The translations under genes were made by a program, and so were the position numbers. The notes beneath the pieces are model-generated. The model was not told where the DNA came from, made no database searches, and worked only from the letters and a program-made list of their open reading frames with translations. 64,000 nucleotides of DNA from the IMG/VR virus record IMGVR_UViG_3300046115_000153, positions 1 through 64,000 of that record. One strand, 5' to 3'. The DNA is from a virus. This document shows, one piece after another, positions 49,100-57,063 of the stretch; the stretch's first letter is position 1; each line of letters starts with the position of its first letter.

Positions 49100-49168
49100 G
49101 GCGGGGCACTCTGCCGCTCTGACGTGCGTCCGTCAACCCTAGAGAGACGAATTGCCTCTTCACGAGAG

Positions 49169-50149
49169 TCAGAGGCGGTCGTCGAGGCGCATTCGGCGGT
49201 GGGCGTTGCGCGCCCTGTCGCTGGCCGACGACGCGGCGTACCGGGCGAGCATCGCGTCGGAGTTCCACCCCATCAGACGCTTGAGATCTTGCGTGTTGCC
49301 GTCTCGGCGTTGCCAGTCGTCGGCGAACTTGTGGCGGAACAGGTGCGGGTGGACGTGGCCGATGCCGGCCTGCCGTGCACGACGCTTCAGCATCTGGCCG
49401 ACACCCGACGGGGAGAGCGCCCCCCGTCCCGCTTCGGCCAGCCACAGCTCGGGCATGTTCTTCGTTTGCTGCTTTCCACGGAGCCGCAGGTATTTCTCGA
49501 GCGCCTGCCCGGTTTTCGCGCCGAACGGGACGTAACGGTCCTTGCGCCCCTTGCCTTCGACGTGGATCTCGTCGCGCCCCATGTCGAGGTCGGTGACCTC
49601 GAGCCTGCCGATCTCTTCCCGCCGGCATCCTGTCGAGAACAGCAGCCGAATGATCGCGGTGTCGCGCACCTCGGTGAACCCGCGCCCCTTGCAGGCGGTG
49701 AACAGCGCGGCGATTTGCTCGTCGGGCATGACCGGCACCGTCTTCTCGGGGACGATCGGCTCTTTCAGCCCGCGCATCGGCGACCGGTCGATCACCTCGT
49801 CGAAGACGAGGTAGTTGCACCAGGCGCGCAGGTTGCGCCAGTGCTGGTGGACGTAGCTCGGCTTGTCGCCCTTCGCTCCTCGGTGGGCGAGGAACAGTTC
49901 GACGTGCGCCCGCCGTAACGCCTCGGCGTCGTCCGGCCGTAGGACGTCGTGGTCGCCCTCGGTCGGCAGTCGGCCGAGGAAGTCGACGAAGAGGTTGCCG
50001 CACCCGGTGTAGATCCGAATGGTGTTCTTCGCTACCTGCCTGCCGTCTACGTGGCGTATCCAGGAGCGGAGGTAGGACTCCCACGTGGCTTGCCAGGCGT
50101 CGCCCGAAGTGTCGGTCATGGGTCCGGGAGTGTAGACCATGATCGTCAA
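49169..50149 (-). CDS. int: tyrosine recombinase / phage integrase (326 aa; alternative ATG at 50119)
   Basis: Track ORF. Catalytic pattern GCRREE...HLFRHKF...MLARY. Confidence 0.9.
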   Translation of the reverse strand: MTIMVYTPGPMTDTSGDAWQATWESYLRSWIRHVDGRQVAKNTIRIYTGCGNLFVDFLGRLPTEGDHDVLRPDDAEALRRAHVELFLAHRGAKGDKPSYVHQHWRNLRAWCNYLVFDEVIDRSPMRGLKEPIVPEKTVPVMPDEQIAALFTACKGRGFTEVRDTAIIRLLFSTGCRREEIGRLEVTDLDMGRDEIHVEGKGRKDRYVPFGAKTGQALEKYLRLRGKQQTKNMPELWLAEAGRGALSPSGVGQMLKRRARQAGIGHVHPHLFRHKFADDWQRRDGNTQDLKRLMGWNSDAMLARYAASSASDRARNAHRRMRLDDRL

Positions 50150-50228
50150 GATAGATTTCTGTCGCTCAGACTTGCCGCCGCACCGAGCTCCGACGGAGGG
50201 GCAAAACGTGCTGGTAGTACTGTGTTTG

Positions 50229-50273
50229 TGGGCGCGGCAGGGATCGAACCTGCGACCACTCGCTTGTAAGGCG
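50229..50273 (-). other. att core: 3' half of a tRNA-Val(TAC)-like sequence (anticodon loop to discriminator), no 5' half
   Basis: The minus strand reads CCTTACAAGCGAG-TGGTC-GCAGGTTCGATCCCTGC-CGCGCCC-A. No matching GGGCGCG acceptor strand or D-arm lies upstream, and the anticodon stem pairs at only 3 of 5 positions. Confidence 0.7.
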
Positions 50274-50480
50274 GCGCACTAGCTCTGACTTGCGGTTTCG
50301 GGGGATTCACAGGCCCGTACCATGATCGTCTGTCTGCATGCGCGGTAGGTAGATTGCTCCCGCACCGATCTTCGGAACCGGCTCGGCGGGCCGCTGAGGC
50401 GCCCATCTGTACCGACCCAGCCAAGCACACGCCTCGACGACGGTCGCCGTACGTCCGTCCCTAGGTCGTCCGGACGCGAG

Positions 50481-50520
50481 GAAGCCGCCGGCCCGGGAGA
50501 GAGGGCGGGCCGGCGGCTTC
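50481..50520 (-). terminator. hairpin GAAGCCGCCGGCCCG-10nt-CGGGCCGGCGGCTTC after the holin gene
   Basis: 15-bp perfect stem, 20 nt downstream of the stop at 50540. Confidence 0.65.
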
Positions 50521-50539
50521 GTCTCGGGAGGGTCGGCGC

Positions 50540-50830
50540 CTAGCCGACGCCCTTCGGAACCTTCGTCTGGATCAGTCCCGTCGACCCGGTCAGTCCCAGC
50601 GGCTTCCACAGGTTCAGGTGGGACAGCGTCGCCACGGCGAACCCCTCGGCGGCGAACAGTACCGCCGACTTCCATTCGTAACCGGGGTCCGACTGTAGCT
50701 CGACGAGGATTCCGGTCGCGGCGGACAGTAGCGCGGTGACGCCGGCCTTGACCGCCTGCGGCGCGCGCCGTGCCGCGAACAGCGCGGTCAGCCACGGGAC
50801 GAAGGCCGTCACCGCGGCGGTGACCAGCAT
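50540..50830 (-). CDS. holin-like membrane protein (96 aa; alternative GTG at 50845)
   Basis: Inner start of ORF 50540..51742. Two to three TM segments. Immediately follows the endolysin gene. Confidence 0.6.
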   Translation of the reverse strand: MLVTAAVTAFVPWLTALFAARRAPQAVKAGVTALLSAATGILVELQSDPGYEWKSAVLFAAEGFAVATLSHLNLWKPLGLTGSTGLIQTKVPKGVG

Positions 50831-50847
50831 GTGCGAGAGTTCCACGA

Positions 50848-51876
50848 CTACTCCTGTTCCGGTACGGGTCCGGCGGCGGGCGGGTACTCGACGCCGAGGT
50901 GGTCCAGCAGGACGGCGAGCATGTGCTCGACGGGTGACGGGGCCATTTCGAGCACCTCGCTCATGACGAGGTCCGTCCCGGCGATGGTGTGCAGGGCGTC
51001 GACCTTGCCGCCGATGACCGCGATCTCCTGGCGTCCGGTGTGGACGGCGACGCCGACGAGGCCGAGCTGTTCGGCCAGTCGGACGAGTGCGGACTGGACG
51101 TCGCCGACCTTGTTGTAGGTGGCGCCGATGACGGCGCCGCCCTTCGGTGCCTGTCTGATCGCCGGTTCTACCAGGAAGACCTCGTCCCGCAGGGCCTCGA
51201 GCACCATCCGGGCGATGTCCTTCTTGTCCTGTTCGGTCACGGGCTCCTCCTTTACCGCGGAACGGCTGCCCAGCCACTCGCGCACGACACGGTTGGCGTC
51301 CGAACGGCCGGGGACGCCCGGCTGGCTGGCGGACGAGGTGTACTGCCGGGCGACGACGTACTCGCGCGGCCATCCCGGTGGCAGCGGCACCCGGTCGTCG
51401 CCGACAGGGTTGTAGTTGGCGACGTGCAGCCTGCGCCATCCTTCGGGCAGTGCCGCGGCGGCCAGCCCTGCCGGTCCGAGGTAGTAGGTACCGCTGTAGA
51501 CCACCCCGCCGTGGTAGCCGAGTTCGGCCGTCCGCTCGCAGAACCTGGCGGCGTGGGCGGCGGCCCGCCCCTCCTGTCCCGGCTCCTCGACGTCGAGGCA
51601 CACCCAGTCGCGCTCGCCGAGCCCGCCGTAGGCGCGCAGCGTGCGGTGGAAGTGCTCGGCCTCGGCCGCGCCCGACCAGCGCGACGGCCTGGCGAAGTGG
51701 TAGGCGCCCCGGCTCAGCCCGAGCGCGCCGGCCGCCGCCCACCAGACCCCGAACAGCGGGTTGACGTAGCCGGTCCCCTCGGACGCCTTGACGAGAATCC
51801 GGTCGTAGCCGGCCGCGGCGTAGGCGTCGAGGTCCAACCCTCGCTGGTAGACGGCGACGTCGGCGAACTCGGCCAT
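50848..51876 (-). CDS. endolysin, GH25 muramidase domain plus C-terminal domain (342 aa)
   Basis: ATGA-coupled inner start of ORF 50848..52260. DVAVYQRGLDLDAY...ILVKASEGTGYVNP...GAYHFARP. Confidence 0.85.
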   Translation of the reverse strand: MAEFADVAVYQRGLDLDAYAAAGYDRILVKASEGTGYVNPLFGVWWAAAGALGLSRGAYHFARPSRWSGAAEAEHFHRTLRAYGGLGERDWVCLDVEEPGQEGRAAAHAARFCERTAELGYHGGVVYSGTYYLGPAGLAAAALPEGWRRLHVANYNPVGDDRVPLPPGWPREYVVARQYTSSASQPGVPGRSDANRVVREWLGSRSAVKEEPVTEQDKKDIARMVLEALRDEVFLVEPAIRQAPKGGAVIGATYNKVGDVQSALVRLAEQLGLVGVAVHTGRQEIAVIGGKVDALHTIAGTDLVMSEVLEMAPSPVEHMLAVLLDHLGVEYPPAAGPVPEQE

Positions 51877-52385
51877 CAGCGGCCCCCGGGGGCGACGAAC
51901 CCGGCAGGGCAGTCGAGCCGTTCGGCGGTGTCCTGGGTGAGCGCCAGGAAGTCCGTCCGGCGCCGCGCGTTCGACTCCAGGTTCGCGGTTGCCTGGTCGA
52001 TGAACGCGACGGCGGCCCGCGAGTCGGGATCGGAGCTTTCCGCTAGCAGTGGGCGCAGCCCCCGGTAGAGGTCGACCGTGTTGCCCGACGAGGCGGCCGA
52101 TTGGGCGAGCAGCGCGTTCAGGTTGCAGGTGTTGGCCCGGATGTCGGCCTGCGCTACCGCCGCGTCGTGCTGGGTGCTGTTCAGCCCGAACCCGAGGACG
52201 GCCAGGGTGGCGGTGAGCGCGACGTCCAGAGCGACCGACGTGCAGGTGGCGACGATCCACAGGGTTTTACGGCGGACGATCGCGTTTCCTTGGACGACGG
52301 CGGCGTCCAAGGCGGCGACGGACTCCCGGTTTCCTTCGAGCGCCTTCTCCATCCGCGCGAGCATCCCGGCGAGGTCGTCAGCCAT
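51876..52385 (-). CDS. membrane protein of the lysis cassette (169 aa)
   Basis: Track ORF. Central TM segment. Confidence 0.6.
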   Translation of the reverse strand: MADDLAGMLARMEKALEGNRESVAALDAAVVQGNAIVRRKTLWIVATCTSVALDVALTATLAVLGFGLNSTQHDAAVAQADIRANTCNLNALLAQSAASSGNTVDLYRGLRPLLAESSDPDSRAAVAFIDQATANLESNARRRTDFLALTQDTAERLDCPAGFVAPGGR

Positions 52386-52587
52386 CGGTTTCCCCCATCT
52401 CGGCCATCTGGTGGCGGATCAGTTCGATCAGGGCGTCGATGTCGTCGACGTTTCTCGTGACCCGGTCACGGAGCCCTTTGACCAGCGCCAGCGCTTCCTT
52501 GCCGTATTGGACTTCCCGGCGTAGCGCCGCGTCCCCGCCGGGCGAGACGTAGAGCTTCTCCCCGTCCCCGTCTTCGCCCGCTGTCAT
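52378..52587 (-). CDS. hypothetical protein (69 aa)
   Basis: ATGA-coupled inner start of ORF 52378..53151. Confidence 0.5.
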   Translation of the reverse strand: MTAGEDGDGEKLYVSPGGDAALRREVQYGKEALALVKGLRDRVTRNVDDIDALIELIRHQMAEMGETDG

Positions 52588-52907
52588 GCGCCCCCCCGGT
52601 GCAGGAATTCCCGCAGCAGGTCTTGGGTGGCACGCATCCCGTCGTTCGCTCGCACCAGTGTCGGTCCCGTCTCTCGTAGTTCTCTGGTCAGTTCCACCTG
52701 GGCGGCACGCAGGTCGGCGACTGTGGCGTCCCGGACGGCGATCTCCCGTTCGTAGCTGGCACGCAGGTCGGCGACCCGTTCGGCCGCCGCCTGTTTCTGG
52801 TCGTCGAGCGCCCAGCCGGGGACGACTTTGCGGAGCAGGACCAGTGCGAGGAGCGCGCCGAAGGCTGGTACTCCGAGGACGACGTTGGTCCAGTCGGTGA
52901 GGCTCAT
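52584..52907 (-). CDS. N-terminal-TM plus coiled-coil protein (107 aa), holin or spanin-like by position
   Basis: Track ORF. Confidence 0.55.
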   Translation of the reverse strand: MSLTDWTNVVLGVPAFGALLALVLLRKVVPGWALDDQKQAAAERVADLRASYEREIAVRDATVADLRAAQVELTRELRETGPTLVRANDGMRATQDLLREFLHRGGA

Positions 52908-52928
52908 GCCGTCCGCGTCCCGGGTATT

Positions 52929-54050
52929 TCACGCACCGAACAGTTCCAGGTACTTGCGGGCGGCGTTCGGGTTCTGCCCGTTCATGATCCCCATCCGCTG
53001 GGCGGTGTCCTCGTAATAGCATTCCCCTGCCATGACGCCTTTGCTCTGGGCGTATTTGAATTCGCCGTGCATGTTGGCGACGAACGTGGGGTTGTCCCCG
53101 CCGTGGTTCCCTCCGGCCACGTTGCCGGAGTTGCACGCCCACTCGGGGCACAGGAACTGCTTGCCTTCCGAGATCGCCAGCTCTATGTACCAGCGGACGC
53201 CGTTGACTTCCCGTGCTTCGACGTGGAAGTCTTTGCGGCCGCCGGAGGTCGAGGTACCGCCGAAGCTGGGCGGGAAGTGGTCGTAGTAGTCGACGCCGAT
53301 GAAGTCGACGTAGTCCTTGCCGGGGTAGATGTTGCGCGGGTCGTTGGCTGGGAAAGCCCCCGCCCCGAAGCCGGGGCTGTCGTGGCCGTTCGGCACCCAG
53401 CCGAACAGCGCGTCTTCGTAGACGGACCGTACGACGGTGACGAACCGGCGGAACGTGTTCACGTATTCGGCGTAGTTCCGGTAGTTCTGCGAGCTGCCGG
53501 AAGGACCGGACCAGTAGTGCAGTTTGAAATGGTTCGCCTCCCAGCCGGGGGAGAAGATCGGCCGGGCGAACTTCTGCGCCTCACGGGCCGCCCAGTTCTG
53601 GCCGAACTTCCGCCATTCCGTGTCGTAGTCGCCGCGTGCCGCCGCGGCGTAGCTGAACCCGCCGGACGGGAAGAACGGCATCTGCACGACCAGTACCACC
53701 GTCTTGTCGGTCCACACGCCCTGCGGCAGCGAGGTGGCCGCCACCATCGGGCTCCAGCCGCCGTAGCGGGGCGGGTAGGCGAGCGCGATCCCGCACTTCC
53801 GTTTGCGCCACGCCCCGAACGCTTCGGCGCCGGTCTGCGTGTTGTTGTTCGGGTTCCCCCCGGACGGCCAGAACCCCGCCGGCTGCGGGTCAGGGTCGGG
53901 TTCCGGGTCGAGATCGGGCGGCTGGCCCGTCTCTTCGAGCGCGGCGACCCGGGCGGCCAGCGCGGCCCGTTCCCGGTCGGCGGTGTCGGCCCGCGTGTGC
54001 ATCGCGGCGACCGCCAGCGCGAACTCCTCCGAGCTCGGTACTGAAACCAT
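52929..54050 (-). CDS. GH26-like glycoside hydrolase with N-terminal coiled-coil and Pro/Asp linker (373 aa)
   Basis: Track ORF. GWEANHFKLHYWSG and IYPGKDYVDFIGVDYYDH resemble GH26 signature regions (from memory). Confidence 0.55.
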   Translation of the reverse strand: MVSVPSSEEFALAVAAMHTRADTADRERAALAARVAALEETGQPPDLDPEPDPDPQPAGFWPSGGNPNNNTQTGAEAFGAWRKRKCGIALAYPPRYGGWSPMVAATSLPQGVWTDKTVVLVVQMPFFPSGGFSYAAAARGDYDTEWRKFGQNWAAREAQKFARPIFSPGWEANHFKLHYWSGPSGSSQNYRNYAEYVNTFRRFVTVVRSVYEDALFGWVPNGHDSPGFGAGAFPANDPRNIYPGKDYVDFIGVDYYDHFPPSFGGTSTSGGRKDFHVEAREVNGVRWYIELAISEGKQFLCPEWACNSGNVAGGNHGGDNPTFVANMHGEFKYAQSKGVMAGECYYEDTAQRMGIMNGQNPNAARKYLELFGA

Positions 54051-54059
54051 GACCTCTCC

Positions 54060-54368
54060 TCACACTGCGATCTTGTCGACGACGAACGCGTCGCCGCCGC
54101 GTACCCGGCCGCCCTGCCGGCCTGACCCGCTGGACGTGGTGACCAGCACTTTCACCACGTCGTTCACCGCCGGGACCGCGATGTTGTAGCTGTTCGAGTA
54201 GCGGACCCCGGTCGCGACCGCCGCCCCGCCGGTCGTCTGCGCCAGATCCACCGACTTGGGCGGGCCGGCGTTGACGGCGACGACGACCCACGTCCGCACC
54301 GAGACGCCGCCGCCCTCCCGTTCGACGACCGTGGCCGCGAGCTCCTCCGCGACACCCATCTCAGGCAC
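54060..54368 (-). CDS. hypothetical tail-region protein (102 aa)
   Basis: Track ORF. Confidence 0.55.
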   Translation of the reverse strand: MPEMGVAEELAATVVEREGGGVSVRTWVVVAVNAGPPKSVDLAQTTGGAAVATGVRYSNSYNIAVPAVNDVVKVLVTTSSGSGRQGGRVRGGDAFVVDKIAV

Positions 54369-55488
54369 CTCCCGATCGCCGTATCCGGCAGTTGAGCTGG
54401 ATCTCCCCCGCGTAGGACAGCGGCACGGAGACCGACTGGACGACGGCGGTGTCGTCGAACCCGCTGCGGAGCCGGGTTATGTGGATCACGTCGCCGGGGT
54501 CGATCGCGTGGTTGGGGACGCCGGACACGGTGACGACCTCGGTCGCGCCGGAGAGCTGCCGCAACCGGGCGTCGGCGGCCCGCTGCGCCTGGTCGGTGGT
54601 GGTGACCAGCGGGTTGGTCTCCCACACCGGGCGGGGTCCGTACGGCCCGTAGTAGTAGGTGGGGCTCTGCGGGTCGTCGTCTATCGCGACCGCCCGTACC
54701 GGCGCGTTGGAGCTGTTCTCGCCGGTGACGACGACGGCGTTCGCCCCGCCGGCCGACCGCGAGTAGCGCCGCTCGAGTTTGGTCGCCGGGTTCGTCGGCC
54801 CCTCCGTGAACTGCCACGACACGGGCTGCGCGCTGGGGTCTGGCACGTCCCGGACGACTAGCCGGCCGTCCCGGTCGAAGTAGGTTTCAGCACCCACCGC
54901 CTCGGCGAAGGCCTGCACGCCGTCTGCCCACCGGTCGGCCTTCTCTTCGAGCACGTGCGGCGGGAAGACGTCGGCGGCCGACAGCAGGTCGACGACGGTC
55001 AGGCCGGGGTAGCCGTCTTCGGCGAGGTTCCGGATGGCGGTGGCCGCGTCGGTGCCGGTGGCGGTCGTCCACGGGACGAGCAGTTTGGCGTCGCCGAGCC
55101 TGCCGGCCCGGTCTTCCCCGGACAGTGAGACGGCGATCCCGTCGGCGGTGTCGACCAGGTCGGAGTCGGTGATGGTGAACACGCCTTGCGGTACGAGTTC
55201 GCTGGTGCCGTCCGGGTAGGTGATCCCGGCGTGGATGACGAGTTCGTTGCCGTAGATGTCCAGCGGGGTGCGTTGTCGGCTGGTGGGGATCAGCCCGTCG
55301 GGGAGGCCGACGACTTCGACCGAGCAGGTGCGTAGGACGTCGGCGGTGGCGTCGGCGCGGACGTCGCCGCCGACGACGCGTAGTCCCGAAGCGACGGTGA
55401 CACCGGAGCGGGTGATTTCTACGGAGGCGGCGAACTGGTAGCTGGCGGTGACCGACCGTTTGTACCGGTCGGAGACGTCGTAGGCCAT
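54361..55488 (-). CDS. minor tail protein (DUF5047-like, 375 aa)
   Basis: Track ORF. The N-terminal ...VSDRYKRSV..S......V.......L.V.GG.V..D... pattern is typical of actinophage tail proteins (from memory). Confidence 0.6.
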   Translation of the reverse strand: MAYDVSDRYKRSVTASYQFAASVEITRSGVTVASGLRVVGGDVRADATADVLRTCSVEVVGLPDGLIPTSRQRTPLDIYGNELVIHAGITYPDGTSELVPQGVFTITDSDLVDTADGIAVSLSGEDRAGRLGDAKLLVPWTTATGTDAATAIRNLAEDGYPGLTVVDLLSAADVFPPHVLEEKADRWADGVQAFAEAVGAETYFDRDGRLVVRDVPDPSAQPVSWQFTEGPTNPATKLERRYSRSAGGANAVVVTGENSSNAPVRAVAIDDDPQSPTYYYGPYGPRPVWETNPLVTTTDQAQRAADARLRQLSGATEVVTVSGVPNHAIDPGDVIHITRLRSGFDDTAVVQSVSVPLSYAGEIQLNCRIRRSGGA

Positions 55489-55494
55489 CGCGTG

Positions 55495-57063
55495 CTACTT
55501 CGCGCTCACGAGGACGCGGCCGAGCCGCAGTGCGCGGGCGGACGCGGCCAGCGTCCGCAGCCGGACGATGTACCCGAGTGCGGTGCTGGTCGTCGGCAGG
55601 TTGGTGGTGTGGGTGGCGGCAAGGACGCCGTTCACGAAGAACCGCACCGACGTGCCCGCGCTGTTGACCTCGATCTTCAGCTCGTACGAGGTCGCCGCGG
55701 CGATGGCGACCGTGCTGACGGTGACCGTCGCCGCGCTGCCCCCGGCGGTGACGCACCTCCAGAACGCTGTCCCGTCGAGCCCTGTGTCGTACCTGAACGC
55801 GGCGACGTGCTGCGTCGTCGGGTCCGCGGTCAGCGCGGCCAGCTCGGCGGAGGTGAGCCCCGCCCACAGCCTGGTCGAGGTGATCGCGCTCGCGTCGGTG
55901 GTGATCCGCGTGTAGAACAGGGGTCCCCAACGGGTCTGTACCGGCCCGAACGCGCTGATGATCCCGGCGTCGACGTCGGCCGCCGCCGTGGTCGTGTAGG
56001 AGACCCCAGGGCCGGCGGCGGTGGGGTCGTCGGCAGGTGTGATGTTGGTGGTGGCGACGGTGGGTGCGGCGGTCCCGTCGGTGACGAGTGTCGTTCCGCC
56101 GCCGGGTGCGGCCACCGTCATCTGCCGGCGGTGCACGGGTGCGATCAGCTCGTCCTCGTGCCCGGCCCGGGTACGTACCAGCAGCCGGCCGCCGGAGCCG
56201 ACCGGACCCCAGACGACGGCGCCCGCTGTGGTGACGAATCCCGACTCGGCGGTGTGCGTGCCGTCCGGGTTGGAGTTCGGCGCCGTGGTGGCGTCGCCGA
56301 TCGCCAGCACTTCTACGCCGCCGGCAGGGTCGCCTCCCATGCCCATCCGGACGCCGCCGCGGGTGTTCGCGGCGAACGACCTGCCGGTGGTGTCGAACGA
56401 GCAGAACAGGATGTCGGTCGCGTCGGCGGAGATCAACCCCGCTCCCCCGGCCGGCAGTACGACGAAGATGTCCGCCGCGTCGGAGTCGACGACTTTGAAC
56501 CCGGCCTTGAGCGACGTGGTGTTGAGCCTGACGACGAGCCCGTACCGGGTGTTCTCGCCGGCAGGCACGACGAGGTTCCACACGCCCTCGTTGGCGCTTC
56601 CGCTGGTGCCGAGCAGCCGTTGGACGGTGCCGCCCGAGGTGTAGGTACCCGACCCGGTGACCCCGTCCAACGTGAACGTCGTCGCCCCGGTCCTCGTGAT
56701 CGTGAACGTGCCGTTCGCACCCACGAACCCGGCCACCCCGACGATGGTGACCACGTCGGCGGTGCCGTAGCCGTGGCTGGCCGTCGTGGTCACCGTGACC
56801 GTGGTGGTCCCGGCGACCGTGGACACGACGAGCGGCGCCCCGCCCATCGCGATCGTCCCGTCGGCGCGGACCGCGAACCGGGCGAGCAGGTCACCGGACA
56901 GCATCGACGACAGCAGCATCGTCGTCGTCGCGGCGGCTACGGTGTCGACGTCCATCAGCGCGGAGATGCGCTTCACGTAGTAGGCGAGGTCGCTGTGCTT
57001 CTGGGCGTGACTCTGGTCGCCGGAGGCCACGGAGTCGTCGAGCGCGGACAGTTCGGTGGCCAC
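55495..57063 (-). CDS. minor tail / fibre-like protein (522 aa)
   Basis: GTG 57063 overlaps the upstream TAG by 1 nt, an inner start of ORF 55495..58656. Gly/Thr-rich beta-like repeats. Confidence 0.65.
   Translation of the reverse strand: MATELSALDDSVASGDQSHAQKHSDLAYYVKRISALMDVDTVAAATTTMLLSSMLSGDLLARFAVRADGTIAMGGAPLVVSTVAGTTTVTVTTTASHGYGTADVVTIVGVAGFVGANGTFTITRTGATTFTLDGVTGSGTYTSGGTVQRLLGTSGSANEGVWNLVVPAGENTRYGLVVRLNTTSLKAGFKVVDSDAADIFVVLPAGGAGLISADATDILFCSFDTTGRSFAANTRGGVRMGMGGDPAGGVEVLAIGDATTAPNSNPDGTHTAESGFVTTAGAVVWGPVGSGGRLLVRTRAGHEDELIAPVHRRQMTVAAPGGGTTLVTDGTAAPTVATTNITPADDPTAAGPGVSYTTTAAADVDAGIISAFGPVQTRWGPLFYTRITTDASAITSTRLWAGLTSAELAALTADPTTQHVAAFRYDTGLDGTAFWRCVTAGGSAATVTVSTVAIAAATSYELKIEVNSAGTSVRFFVNGVLAATHTTNLPTTSTALGYIVRLRTLAASARALRLGRVLVSAK

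Noticed and set aside
50229-50305. A complete tRNA-Val gene next to the integrase.
   Set aside because: Only the T-arm, 3' acceptor strand and anticodon loop are present. No complementary 5' acceptor strand (GGGCGCG) or D-arm exists upstream, and the anticodon stem pairs at 3 of 5 positions. It is treated as an att core instead.
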